NCBI RefSeq assembly: GCF_006345805.1
Contig: NC_043004.1
Span: 21,886,001-21,950,000, forward strand
Source: Octopus sinensis
Lineage: Eukaryota
Direction: 5' to 3'
Length of the DNA: 64,000 nucleotides
Part shown: piece after piece, positions 1-13,344 of the stretch
Position numbering within the stretch: position 1 is the first letter of the stretch
How the letters are laid out: the number at the start of each line of letters is the position of its first letter
Program-made: the position numbers and the translations under genes
The notes under the pieces: generated by a model
Databases searched by the model: none
Seen by the model: the letters and a program-made list of their open reading frames with translations, nothing else
Told to the model about the DNA's origin: nothing

Positions 1-489
1 CAAGTATACATTACATACCAATTTACATATCTATTTTTAACTCCTGATTCTCCACCCCCATATATATATATATACACTTTGTATATATATATACACTTTG
101 AATTTCTTTTCTTTTTACTCTAAGAGTAATCTTAGTCTTACGAAAAAAAGAAAGCAAAAATGTAAACTAATATGACCCCATAAAAAAAAACAAATAAGTT
201 AACGCTACGTGTTACCTCCTTTCATAATGGACGCCTTAAATTGTCATTAGACGAACTTGCGTAACGTTTTTATTTATTATTTTTCAATATAGCATTAAGT
301 GATCCTTAGCCGAAATTGCGTGGGTGTAAAAAAATTGTGTTTGTTTGTGTGTGCGTGTGTGTATGTATGTGTGTGTGTATGTGTGAGTGTGTGCGTGTGC
401 ATGTGTGTGTGTTCCTTGGTGTGTATAAGTATATACATACGTGCGATTTAGCGTCCGTGCAATCTAGGTATGTGTGTCTGAACATCTAT

Positions 490-735
490 ATGTGAGCGCG
501 TCTTTTCGTTCGCTTCGCATTCGCTGTCTTCAACTGCATTGGAACAACTGCATCTAAGATAAAATACATCGGAATAACAGGCGCACACTTCCAGCGCTTC
601 AACTCCACAGACTCATTCAGTCACACTGCCGTCAGCGCCTAACATTAACGTCGACAATGCTAGCAACACTTGCTTCCACTTCTCAGCCTCACAGACCGGA
701 ACTGTCTGCTAGAACACCAGTGATGATCCGTTACT
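490..735 (+). promoter_or_regulatory. Possible promoter / 5' non-coding exon of the NPR-like gene
   Basis: Unique, CpG-containing, relatively GC-rich patch about 1 kb upstream of the ATG, with overlapping Inr-like TCATTC/TCAGTC at 613-622. A possible acceptor (tttacag|agATG) lies at 1711-1712. No transcript evidence is available. Confidence 0.25.
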
Positions 736-736
736 G

Positions 737-747
737 ATATACATACA

Positions 748-832
<85 letters not shown>
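737..832. repeat. (TACA)n(TA)n compound microsatellite
   Basis: Direct reading. It is one of dozens of TA/CA/TACA arrays that generate the YIYI/HTHT pseudo-ORFs. Confidence 0.95.
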
Positions 833-834
<2 letters not shown>

Positions 835-1015
835 GTGTGTATGCTTGTATATTATGTATGTGTGTGTAATATTTTAGACAACAAATCTCACGAAATGACA
901 GTTGAAAAAAAAACATAATAAATATCTCAAAAAATAATAGTTTGAACAATTTAAAAATTAACACTCGCACTTGTGTACTTACAAATCAACGTATTCAAGC
1001 TCACTGCCACCACAG

Positions 1016-1100
<85 letters not shown>

Positions 1101-1714
1101 CAAATACACACACATACACACATATATCGTCATCACGGATACATCTTTTATATATTATTACATGATTGACATCGGGAGAAAAATAAATTGTACTTTTCGC
1201 GTATAAGATTTAATTTCTATTTGTTAGTTTTTCTATATAAATTACAATAATCGATTAGACTGTGCCATATATTTATATTGTATATTATATATTTCCCGAT
1301 TGATAAAGTAACCTCATACACACACACACACACACACACGCTCACAAACTCATGAAAACACATAAAGAAGAATTGATCGATTAGTTTAGCCGTTTATCTG
1401 TTAGATGTCAGTTTGTCTATTCTAGTTCTGAATGACTTGTTTTGTGATTTCGGAAAAGTTGTCATTAACGCAACTTTTGTTGTGGAGATAGTTTGCTACA
1501 GAGCTGCAAATAATGCCGACTGCACAATTACCTCCACCGCTGATAGAATCACAACAGAAACAACAACATCAACAGATTTTTTTCCAATATCACCGTCGCA
1601 TCAACATGTATACCACACACGGCCAAAAGTAGTGGCGATGTTTAGCTAAAAATACAAACAAAATAATTGGAAACACCATATTTCTCCTACACAATCTGTT
1701 TAAAGTTTACAGAG

Positions 1715-2387
1715 ATGGCTCTGCGACTCTTAGTCCCTTGGTTTCTATTTCTACATTGTTCTTCTAGAGTAGAATGCAAAACTGTGAACATCGTGGTGAT
1801 TTTACCGACCAACGAGCAATGGCTATTTTGTCTCCAGCGTGTTTTACCCGCAATAAGACTCGCCATGGACAATCTTCCAAAAATATCAAATTTGACATTT
1901 TCGGTCAAGTCTGGAGATTCGAAGTGTTCAATAGCACATGGCATAAAAGCATCTATTGATTTATACATGCAAACCCAAATTGATGTTTTTTTTGGACCCG
2001 TTTGCGATTATGCCGCTGGACCCTTGGTGCGACAAGCAAAATTTTGGAATATACCAGTAATTACAGCTGGTTCAATGGCAATGGACTTTTCGAGCTACCG
2101 TTTTGAAACCTATCCTACTTTGACTCGAGTTGGTCCAGTAAACTTCAGTAGCCTTTTCACATTCTTCCTTCGACTTTTCAAATCCTATGAATGGACACGG
2201 TTTGTGATACTTTATTCAAAATCAGCATATTCCAATATTGTCACCAACATGTGTCATTTAACTATAGAAGCACTTCATTATAATTTCATGGAAAAACGCT
2301 CTATCTATCAACAAAGACTGTTCAAGTATGACCCTGGAGTGGATATTAACCGGATGCTTCAAGAGGAGGTCACTGACATGTATGCAG
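1715..2387 (+). CDS. First coding exon of a natriuretic peptide receptor-like protein (NPR1/NPR3-type; ANF_receptor extracellular ligand-binding domain)
   Basis: ATG at 1715 gives a signal peptide (MALRLLVPWFLFLHCSSRVEC). It is followed by DSKCS, FFGPVCDYAAGPLVRQAKFWNIPVITAG and YPTLTRVGP, matching the NPR family pattern GPxCxYAAAPV..W.P..TAG..Y..LTRV. N-glycosylation sequons NLT and NFS are present. The exon ends at a good donor GCAG|GTAATT (phase 1, GT at 2388-2389). The ORF-track start at 1667 is a TTG artefact. Cyclase versus clearance type cannot be decided from this exon. Confidence 0.92.
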
Positions 2388-3482
2388 GTAATTAATCCTT
2401 TTTTTTTAAATTGAGTATAACTGGGGTTTACACACGCGCGTCGATTACAATTTCCCTTCATATACAGGCAAATTCCAACCAACCTATACATACATACAAA
2501 CAGATATACATACATACAAACATGCATACACATACATATACACATACATGTATACCTGCATGCCTACATACATACATAAATGGGAAAACCGAAAGTAGTT
2601 CAGTTTAGTATATGAACATTGAAACACTAAGCATTTCACAAGCTTACGCGTTTTCACACAATCAGTCACAGATTTTATTCCCGTGTGTGTGTGTGTGTTT
2701 GTGTATGTATGTGTGTGTGGGGGGGTACGTGCGTGTGTTTGTGTTCATTCCTATACTTTATACTTATGCGAGTACGTTTGTCAGCGTGTACATAGCGATA
2801 CATACCTTACGTATAAACGCACGAGCTGATGCACGCCTACTACCACATATACAATTAAACAACTTTTGATCAGGAAGCATACTTTAAAAACTTGGTTTAT
2901 ATTCGCTTCAGCATTCCTTGTTGTGGTTCGATTAATAGAATCAGCATATAACACGTATCCGAAATGCACGTGTGTAGAGAAGTGTTCACATGTGTATCGT
3001 AAATTGTATATCTGCATCTTACATGGCAATTAAATACGTCAGTAATTACACATATAAAGCACGCGTTCTTACATAGTGGTGGTTAGAATAATATTAATAC
3101 ATATATAACACGCACTCGCCTATAATAGTGTCTACGACACTATAAACATGTGCATAGTAGCTATTTTAAAAAAAACACTCTATATAGCAGCATGTAGAAT
3201 AGTTCCTACTGTATGCATACATGCATACACACACACACACAAGCACACATACACACATACACACACACATGACTATCAGTGACTACTGTTAATTTTTATA
3301 TAGTCATACCAAATACTATGTAAATATGTGTACACTAATAATCAGTTGCTGACACTATTTTTTTTTCTATTTTCTTAATAATATACAATTCAATATAACT
3401 ACAATAGAATTATGTTTTGCGTATATGGTGTGTGTGTGAGAGAGAGAGAGTGTGTGTATGTATGTTTGTTTGTGTTTGTTTG

Positions 3483-3514
<32 letters not shown>

Positions 3515-3837
3515 CTTTCTATTTTCCAAACTTGGTTACCTGAGTTGCTTCGAAGAAATTATTTCTTTTTCGAAATGCAGAGAAAGTCCGCATAATCAGT
3601 GTTACGAGGAACAGGTTATATGTTAGCCACACAACGTGTAGAGAAGCGTTGTATAAATTTTATCGAGGTAAAGATTTTTATAACTTCATAAGAATTCAGA
3701 TTTCTACAAATGATTACGCGCGCGCGCGCTTCAACACACGGCAACACACATTCTTTAAAAAAAAACAGCTGTTGCTTTTAACACGTATTTTGATATTGAT
3801 GTTGCTACTGCTAACAACAATGAAGGTAACAGGGTGT

Positions 3838-3849
3838 TGTTACTACTAT

Positions 3850-3899
<50 letters not shown>

Positions 3900-3900
3900 T

Positions 3901-3933
<33 letters not shown>

Positions 3934-3957
3934 CATAATTCATCGCAGTTATTATTA

Positions 3958-4013
<56 letters not shown>

Positions 4014-4030
4014 GTTATTATTATTATCAT
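3838..4030. repeat. (TAC)n and (TTA)n trinucleotide arrays
   Basis: Direct reading. Further (TTA)n arrays lie at 4230-4346 and 4465-4500. Confidence 0.95.
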
Positions 4031-4031
4031 A

Positions 4032-4215
4032 GCGGCGGGCTGGCAGAATCGTTAGCATGCTGGGCAAAATACTTGGCGGCATTTCGTTCACCTTAACGTT
4101 CTGCGTTTAAATTCTGTCGTGGTCGACTATGCCTTTCATCATTTCGGGGTCGATAAATTAAGTACCAGTGGTGTGCAGGGGACCATCTAATCAACTGCTT
4201 CACCTAGAGTAGAAA
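4032..4215 (+). mobile_element. tRNA-derived SINE (GGCGGCGAGCTGGCAGAA-head family), decayed
   Basis: Head ggcgggctggcagaatcgttagcatgc and body tttcatcatttcggggtcgataaattaagtaccag are shared with many copies in the window. Confidence 0.8.
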
Positions 4216-4229
4216 AGTTGTTTATTATA

Positions 4230-4327
<98 letters not shown>

Positions 4328-4462
4328 CATTATTATTATTATTATTCCTTCTTTCTTCAAATTTCCTTCCGTTTCTCGCCGAATGTTTTCCGTTACACCT
4401 AGGGCAGAGAAGCTCATTGTATGCATTCCCAGATTATACACGCAAATTCACAGATTGTTATG

Positions 4463-4501
<39 letters not shown>

Positions 4502-4504
4502 AAT

Positions 4505-4705
4505 CATCGGATTTGGCAGAATCGTTAGCATGCTGGGCATAATGCTTGGCGGCATTTCTTTCGTCTTTACATTCATAGATCGAATTCCGCCGAGGTCGAT
4601 TTTGCGTTTCGTCCTTCTGCGGTCGAAGAAATAAGCTTCAATGATCACCTTACCTCACTCACTCACCAAAATTTCAGGCCTTCTGCCTGTTGTAGGAAGG
4701 ATTAT
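4505..4705 (+). mobile_element. tRNA-derived SINE, decayed
   Basis: Same head and body (tggcagaatcgttagcatgc...ttccgccgaggtcgatttt). Confidence 0.75.
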
Positions 4706-5014
4706 TATTATCAATGTTTTTGCTGTTATCGTTGTTGTTAGTCTTACTATACAATCATCAATGTCGTGGCGTTGTGGGATAGGTTATTAACTCATACAAC
4801 ATACAACGTAATTAAAATCCTTAATTACCAATTCTATGTAAATGCTCGACTCGAAAGGTTGCAGTCATAAAATAAAGAAGCAAACTTGTTAAGTGGAAAT
4901 TATGTTAAGAGACTAACACCTTGGCTTGTGAAACAAACATTACAAACTTAGCTCAACATCATACTTTGATGAGCATTAATTATACGTTAACTAAAACTGG
5001 ATAACATTCCCAAA

Positions 5015-5080
<66 letters not shown>

Positions 5081-5225
5081 CCTGTATACATATATATATA
5101 TTTATATACCTATATATCTATAAATACGTATATATATCAATTTATATACATATATATATACATACATATATATACATATATATGATAATGATATGAATAT
5201 ATATATATATATATATATGTAAATA

Positions 5226-5272
<47 letters not shown>

Positions 5273-5358
5273 ATATATATGCGTGTGTGTGTATACATAC
5301 ATATACACATAATATACATACATTAATATATGTGTAAATACATAATGCACAGACGTCT

Positions 5359-5398
<40 letters not shown>

Positions 5399-5841
5399 TA
5401 TATATATACATATATATACGCAATAATAATGTGCGTGTATGTATCTATGCATATATGTATGACACACAGTTTGTGTATGTATATATGTACATCTATTTAC
5501 ATTTTAGGTATGGCTGTTTATACACTCACGCACGCCCGCACATGCATACTCCAACTGACTTTATGTCTATGCGTGAACGCGTATGTATATTTTATTAGTC
5601 GCAGCAAAATTGCTGGACATGTTTGCATATTCTAAACTTAACACTTGTTCGTAACACTTGACTTCTCTCTTATATTGGGTCACGAACTCTATAAAGTTTT
5701 ACGAACTGCAGAAATAGCCATTAAAATTTTCTCTGAATGTACACTTTAACTTGTTTTGGTCAGTGACAACTGCATAAAAGTACGCCTAGAGGGAAAAGAA
5801 TAGATTGGTTTTGATCGGAAGGCACATACACGCAGAGACAC

Positions 5842-5892
<51 letters not shown>

Positions 5893-6266
5893 CAATAGTA
5901 AATCTTAGAGCGAGTTATAAACAGTAGCTGCAACACATCGTGACGTAAATGGCAAATATACGTCACTATATATATATATATTAATATATACACGTATACA
6001 TAAGTATATATATATATATTTATATATTATATATATATTCATATATACACGTATATATATATATATATATATTATGTATATTGCATATATATATATATAT
6101 ATATATACACATACTCACACACACCTATATATACATGTGTATGTGTATATTTACGTTTATGTATGTATATTTACATTGTCTCGTCTTTTCAGGAACGGAC
6201 GTTGGAGGACAGAAAGTTTAAAGCTGTATTTGAGAAAATGTTAGCTGACATAGTAGTCTTGATACC

Positions 6267-6497
6267 TATTTCTTTATTACCCACAAGGGCCTAAACACAG
6301 AGGGGACAAACAAGGACAGACATAGGTATTAAGTCGATTACATCGACCCCAGTGCGTAACTGGTACTTAATTAATCGACCCCGAAAGGATGAAAGGAAAA
6401 GTCGACCTCGGCGGAATTTGAACTCAGAACGTAACGGCAGAGGAAATACGGCTACGCAATTCGTCCGACGTGCTAACGTTTCTGCCAGCTCGCCGCC
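6267..6497 (-). mobile_element. tRNA-derived SINE, tailed subfamily (AATAAAGAAATA end)
   Basis: Full head-to-tail copy, reverse complement of 36039-36268. It has a partial flanking repeat ttgatacc. Confidence 0.9.
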
Positions 6498-6599
6498 TTA
6501 AAAAACACTTTGATACCATCTGAATATTGAAAAAGTGTTACCTGTATTATGATGATCCGCGCTGGCTCTCATAATACCGATACTTTTACTGATGCGCAG

Positions 6600-7116
6600 T
6601 GCTCAGTGGACATTATAAGTCCTGTAGGACATGACGTGGACAGCTGCAACAGAGACTAGGAAGCTGTGGCTTGCAGGAAGGGACACAGCAGGCGTTGTGA
6701 TTGCGTCTACTCGCTAGACTTTATTCCCGCATTTTTAAACAAGGCATTAGACTCTATTCAGAGGGCCATGTGATGCTTCTTGAGACTGGTCAATTCCTGG
6801 CTAGAGATGATTACTGCTGGAAGGCCACATATGTGTGGCACCAGGTTTCGTCTCCTTGCCATCCTTCCGGAAAGAGTCAAATTTCTACGAATTGCCACCA
6901 AATATTGTAATCCTATAAATTACTAAGTGCGTGTCATGATCATGATTAAGAAAGACACCAACTGTCCTGCCCTGCCTAGAGCATGAAGGCCGAGCTGTTG
7001 GCCAAGTTCAAGGATGTGATCGAAGAACTTCGATAGGAGTCAGTAAAAAACGCAAATGCCAAGTACTGGAGCTGAATTAAAGCCATAGTTGAAGCTGAGG
7101 GCTGTTACTTTGAGTA
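6600..7116 (+). mobile_element. Tc1/mariner superfamily (maT/DD37D-like) transposase C-terminal remnant
   Basis: Frames read YVWHQVSSPCHPSGKSQ (cf. WQQDSAPCH), YCNPINY (cf. DCNPLDY) and KAELLAKFKDVIEELR*ESVKNANAKYWS*IKAIVEAEGCYFE*, with stops and frameshifts. Confidence 0.75.
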
Positions 7117-7270
7117 AATTGTCATCGCTCAATAATAGATGATGATGTTTGATATTTGAAAATAATTAAATTTTTGGATGGGCTCCTGCGGTTTCCTTTT
7201 CTTTTATGCAAACTGCCAAATTTAGCCTGGACGGTCAGTGTGTAACTTATATATACATACATACACACAC

Positions 7271-7301
<31 letters not shown>

Positions 7302-7317
7302 AATATATATACGTATA

Positions 7318-7364
<47 letters not shown>

Positions 7365-7380
7365 GTATGCATATGTATAC

Positions 7381-7432
<52 letters not shown>

Positions 7433-7481
7433 GTATGTATATATATATATATGAATATGTGCGTTTGTGTATGTGTGTGTA

Positions 7482-8368
7482 TAAGAGGTTGAATCAATAT
7501 GTATTCGAACTGTTGCCTTAGTAACAAAGCTAAAGCTTGTGGCGTAGAGCCACTTGGCAAAGATTGACCTCAAACTCTATGTGCATGCGCACTTTTAACG
7601 TTCTAGCTCACTTCTGCTGTTTACAGCTGTGCGTAGAATGATGGAGATGTAGCATGTCACCATTGCATTAAGCATGACAGAGAAAGTTGTCATGGTGATA
7701 CTTGTTCAGAGGCGTAACCAAGGTGGCAGAAAGTGTATGGAGAGGGATATATGAGCCGAAAACTAGTGTACGAGTCGTTCAGGCGATTCCAAAATGGCCG
7801 AAAAAATGTCGATATTAAGGACGTTCTCAGAGTCCTGCACCCAGCGCAGAACCGATAAAAAACATCGCAGATGTGCGTGCAGCTGTGAAGGGGAAATCGT
7901 CGAATCACCATCCGTGAGTTACCAGATTAATTACAGTTCAGTTCAGTCCATTATCACTGAAGACTTATGTATAAGACGCGTGTCTGCCAAGTTTGTGCCA
8001 AAACTGCTTTCAGCTGACCAAGAAGACACTTGGGTTTCAGTTGCACAATATCTCCTTGATTGTGTTGAGACAGGTGAAACCTTTCTGAATACTTCGCGGA
8101 GGCCTCTGAGTAGGCACCTTCAAGCTTTTGGTAAAATTTGATGCACATTCTCTGCTGAACTTTCTCTGTAATGATCATTGCGATGATCACACGTTGCACA
8201 ACTTCATTCCAAGCACTGATTTAACTAGCGGAATCGAGCTAGAACATTAAAAGTTAGTGCGAATGCAAAGAAGAGCTCAAGGTCATTCTGTTTCAAGTAG
8301 TGTTACCCCGCGTGATATAGCTTCGTTACAATGGCAACAATCCAGATACTTAATGATCACACCACGTA
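7482..8368. mobile_element. Mariner-derived composite: two 5' halves joined in inverted orientation, TA-flanked
   Basis: The + strand encodes KVYGEGYMSRKLVYESFRRFQNGRKNVD and YSSVQSIITEDLCIRRVSAKFVPKLLSADQ. The - strand 8178-8090 encodes MIITEKVQQRMCIKFYQKL. Diverged TIR-like ends are taagaggttgaatcaatatgtat and tacgtggtgtgatcattaagtat, with TA at 7480-81 and 8369-70. Confidence 0.85.
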
Positions 8369-8401
8369 TATATATATATATACACATATATATATATATA
8401 A

Positions 8402-8644
8402 TATAAAAAATGGGACAAGAAAGCAAAACATCCAGAAGGCGATACAAAAAACATGGACAGGTCATTCGAAGCCTTTAATCTTCAGTCAAGAACCGGATCA
8501 TCCTCGCAATTTCGCAAGATTAATCAGCCCAAATTGCGAGGATGATCCGGTTCTTGACTGAAGATTAAAGGCTTCGAGTGACCCGTCCGTGTTTTTACTA
8601 TCGTTTTCTGGATGTTTTGCGTTCTTGTCTTTTGTATTTTATAT
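8402..8644. mobile_element. Palindromic MITE-like element
   Basis: Inverted arms at about 8402-8512 and 8531-8644 with an 18-nt spacer, embedded in (TA)n. Confidence 0.8.
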
Positions 8645-8749
8645 ATGTATATATTTATATATAGCGGTGTATGTACACTCTGTTCTCTATATATATATAT
8701 ATATATTATATATATATATATATATATAATATATATATATATATGTGTG

Positions 8750-8801
<52 letters not shown>

Positions 8802-8839
8802 ATGTATGTATGTATGTATGTATGTATGCACTTGAGACT

Positions 8840-9760
8840 TGTCTCGTACTGTGTCGTCACATTTCAGGAGGACCTTTGCAGCTCCATTATGACACGTTAC
8901 AGTGTAATTTCTTGTCGTTGTTTCGTTTTTTTTTTATAGTCCCTGTCTTCGTTAACAATCTGTCTTTCTTTTTTCTTCGACGTTGTTTTCTCATCTCCCC
9001 GTCTCCTCTTGATGTTCTCTTAAAGATTGGCTTAAATATTTTAGTGATATTTCTGTCTTTTGAGTTAGGCATGCTTAGAACGTAAATGATTTCCAACGAA
9101 ATTTCATCAATGTAATTGATTAATATAATTAGTTTATATTATCTTTTATTGGCAGCCCATCAAATCTTTAGTTTGCGATGGTCCCCGCTCCAAAGCTGAG
9201 TGTATACACATAATTATCGAAGGCATTGCTAATTACCTGTAGCACGAAGCTGAGGAGAATAGACGGGTCTGGAGTGCGTTGGTGACCTCCTACAGTAGAA
9301 TGGAACTCCTCTCCAAATGTTACATTGTGTCGTTATTTTGCATGTTGCTTTGGTGTAAAATTATTGAAACAACAGGTCAGCTTCTGGTCTATGCCGAAAT
9401 TCTTCAATTTCCGAACAGTGTTCCGAACAGATTGTAGAACGCCTTTATAAAATCTATGAATGAACTCGTTTTCTTGGTGTCGTAATATTTCGCGCTCAAG
9501 GTTGCAGAAGTTGAAAGTCTGTTCATTAGCGAAACAACTTTTATAGATGGCAATTTTCTTTCGCTTTGGACTGGTCTGTCTTGTGGTTTCACTGAACGAA
9601 GAAAGATTCTGAATATTACGTAGCTGATGGTATGGCATTTCAGGCACAGTTGTACAGGGTTAGTTAAAAAGGAGAATGATCAGCGACTTGGTCTGGGGTG
9701 TCAGTCATTTACAAGTCTGTCAGTCTTTTCTCAGGTGGTTGTAAAACTAAACTATCGGTC
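8840..9760 (-). mobile_element. Decayed RTE-clade LINE (reverse transcriptase and C-terminus, internally deleted)
   Basis: Minus frames give LKCHTISYVIFRIFLRSVKPQ, NEQTFNFCNLEREILRHQ, SFIDFIKAFYNL, GEEFHSTVGGHQ, YTLSFGAGTIAN*RF and KPIFKRTSRGDGEMRKQRRR. These are colinear with the RTE motifs ISLISHPSK, EQIFNLR, FIDFKKAFD, GEWFRTTVGVRQG and TVSIGGRTITNLRFADD. Confidence 0.75.
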
Positions 9761-10262
9761 ACAAAGAAAGTATCAGGTGTGTGTGATAAAGAAGGGAACT
9801 AAAGAACGATCAGCACACAAGAGAAGTAACAAATTAGTATAAGAACATTAATAGGAAAATTGTAATGGAAATACAGGATACAGCAGAAAAGATAAGAAGC
9901 TGAACAATATGAGATTATGGAAGAATCACTTTAAACCCATTCCAACAATTAAAAGTCCTGTTAGAGTAAACATTATCCAAAACAGAAGTAAAACAGCTTT
10001 CAGAATAAGGGAAAAGTAATGATGATAAGGTGCAAATAGCGATGTTCAGAACAATAGAAATTAACAGAGTATTGTAGACATAGCGATAATGAATGTGCAG
10101 GAATCTTTGAAGGACGATGGATACCCAAAAATGCAAGAAGAAATTGAAGCTGCGATGAGGTCTCCCGGAACAAACAGAAGTCAGCAACATGCCCACTGTA
10201 TTACTGAGACATAGATACCACAACACACAAACAGACACACACACACAGACACACACAGACAC

Positions 10263-10293
<31 letters not shown>

Positions 10294-10545
10294 CATACCA
10301 CACACACATATAATATATATATATATAAACAATTCATAAATAAGGGCAAACGAAAAATTTATAATGCCAAATATGCCGAAAAATTGGACGTATTGTCCAT
10401 TAACCATATAATCTTAACCTGTAAAGGTATTTTTTAATATGCTGGCCATTGATAAAATTTTATTCGAAAAGAATTTTTTTCGAAAAAGATTTTATCCTAC
10501 GTTAGATATATATTAATATATATATATATATATATATATATGGAA

Positions 10546-10617
<72 letters not shown>

Positions 10618-11138
10618 ATATATATATATGGAAATATATATGGAAATATATATATATATATTATTAATATAATATATTGAAATATATGTGACAATTATTC
10701 GGTAGCCATGCTGAAACTCCGAGTTACGGATGTCGGGCCGGAAACCCACGTTGGCATCTCTTTAGTTCTATATATATATCTACAAAATATATCTACAAGG
10801 TCATTCTGTTTCAAGTAGTGTTACCGGAAGAAACAAATGGTATGAGATGAACTCCATTTGCTTAGTGTTGTTTCTACTATAAGATGCGGTGGACTATAGG
10901 CATAACATCCTATAGATCATCCGAGACCTGAATATGAAGTGTACACTTCACAGGTCATGTGAGTCGCTGTGGCTAAGTGAAATTTCACAATATATATATA
11001 TATATATAAGTTTAACAATTAAGGATAATCTCTTAATAAGGGATCTTAACAAGAAATTATCGGGTAGCTAGCGTGAAAACCTCATAAAAGAAAAGAATTC
11101 GAAAATAATTTTTTTCTTTTGAACAATTAATTATATCA

Positions 11139-11640
11139 ATTGTATAGAGGGCATTATTACACATAAATGCCTCACACTAGGAGGACAAAGTCATTCACTT
11201 ACCAAATTATACTAATCATACCCAAATGCAGTTTTTCAAAGCAAGACATTAAAAAATGAATTTAGTTTCTGTATCACAGTGATTTCACATTCAACTTTAC
11301 GTCTAATGATCGTCAGCAGAACTGATTCTGAACACATCATAAATAAACTACCAACCTACGTAGCGAAGCGAACAGACAACTGCTTCCCCGGAGTGAGCAG
11401 TTGTCTGTTCGTCTTCGCTCGTAAGGTCGGTAGTTTATTTATGATGTGTTCAGAATCAGTTCTGCTGACGATCATTAGACGTAAAGTTGAATGTGAAATC
11501 ACGGTGATACAGAACTAAATTCATTTTTTAAATGTCTTGCTTTGAAAAACTGCATTTGGGTATGATTAGTATAATTTTGGTAGTAATGACTTTGTCCCTC
11601 CTAGTGTGAGGCATTTATGTGTAATAATGCCCTCTATACA

Positions 11641-11642
<2 letters not shown>
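11139..11642. mobile_element. ~500-bp near-perfect palindrome (fold-back / MITE-like)
   Basis: The left arm attgtatagagggcattattacac...gacaactgct is the reverse complement of the right arm agcagttgtc...gtgtaataatgccctctatacaat. The centre is near 11390 and there are a few mismatches/indels. Confidence 0.85.
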
Positions 11643-11673
<31 letters not shown>

Positions 11674-11762
11674 ATATATATATAATACACACACACAGAT
11701 ATGCAAGTTTTATAAAAATTCACATACATACATGCATGCATACATATATACATACATATATA

Positions 11763-11927
11763 TAGGCGCAAGAGTGACTGTGTGGTAAGTAGCTTGAGTA
11801 CAAACCACATGGTTCCAGGCTTAGTTCTACTGCATGGCACCTTCATCACGCTTGTTCTACTCTAGCTTCTGGCCGACCAAAGCATTGTGAGTGGATATGG
11901 TAGACGGAAACTGAAAGAATCCTGTCG

Positions 11928-11930
<3 letters not shown>
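11763..11930 (+). mobile_element. tRNA-derived SINE (TAGGCGCAGGAGTGGCTGTGTGG-type family)
   Basis: Head taggcgcaagagtgactgtgtggtaag, body ggccgaccaaagc and end gacggaaactgaaagaa..tgtcgtatatat. A partial minus-strand copy lies at about 37270-37390. Confidence 0.8.
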
Positions 11931-12002
<72 letters not shown>

Positions 12003-12130
12003 GTATGTATATATATATATATGTGTGTATGTATATATGTATATATATATATATATGTATGTATATATATATATATATGTATGTATATATATATGTATTA
12101 TATATATATGTATGTATGTATATATGTATG

Positions 12131-12184
<54 letters not shown>

Positions 12185-12665
12185 AAATACGCATGCATAT
12201 ACATGCACATACGTTGTGTGTGAATTTATGTATATTTAAGCATATATATATAATTATACTTTTGTACACGTATATACATGCCTGAAAGAAGGAGTAGATA
12301 GACATCCGACAACAAATGAAGGGTCCCTTCTCTGTGTTTAATTTTCCTATTTTCCATGTTTTTTTCTTTTTGTTTACGTATTTTCCTCGTTTTTCTTTCA
12401 TTTGTTTACGTTGCACCGTTGGTGATGTCCTGTACCCATATATGCATGTATATATACATACACTCACACACACATATATATATATGTATAATTAATATAT
12501 ATGCATATATATATACCGACAAATATTATTTATATATATATGCATACATACACACGCACACACACACATATATATTTATGTATATATATATAAACATTAT
12601 TCCCTTACTTATGTATTAAAACGTTGAGGTACTGCACGGTGTATATATGTACATTGCGACATAGT

Positions 12666-12880
12666 TCATCCTCGTTCATGTTCTGTCCACTCTTGGACGA
12701 GGGCCTCAACACGTTTTCTCCACGAAACAGCATCTGATGTTATGTACACCCATGTTTCGGTGCCGGAGATTTACACAATGTCTTCATTCCAAAATCTTCT
12801 TGATGCCCCTCCTCTATTTTTCCTTGATGTACTTTCAGTCCTATAAGTTTACTATTCCATCACTTAGCCATTTTTTGTAA
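12666..12880 (-). mobile_element. RTE-clade LINE 3' end remnant
   Basis: Minus frame SRKNRGGASRRFWNEDIV*ISGTETWVYITSDAVSWRKRVEALVQEWTEHERG* resembles the RTE C-terminus RKRGRP.RRW.D...W...EAFVQQW. Confidence 0.65.
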
Positions 12881-13275
12881 ACGCATTTACATATTCGTAT
12901 CTATAGAAACACATATAATCGCACAGAGGTTTAAAAACTATAAACGAGATGAAATGACTGAGTAGATCCGTTATATCATCGATTTACAATTGTTTCAACC
13001 GATTTCCATATCATGATTGTTGCTACATTAGGCAATGATATATTTAATTTTTATTTATTTATTAACAAGCTGATATTAATTCATATTGCATACGCTTCTT
13101 CGATATTATGAAACAATTCTAAATGTCGTAATACATAATTTACGCATTCTATTTCCTGCTAATTAGTTTAAAACATTGCGGATATCAGTGAATTTTGAGA
13201 CGTGTATTTCATAAAATCATCACTCTGTGGCTGATTGTAGATAGATAGATAGATAGATAGATATATAGATAGATT

Positions 13276-13343
<68 letters not shown>

Positions 13344-13344
<1 letters not shown>

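Noticed and set aside
721-737. TGATGA...CTGA pairs (also near 6550-6592) suggesting C/D snoRNA
   Set aside because: The spacing is too short and there is no terminal stem.
6193-6266. Acceptor followed by [20 protein letters not shown]
   Set aside because: It is closed in the phase needed, has no donor and no homology that I recognise.
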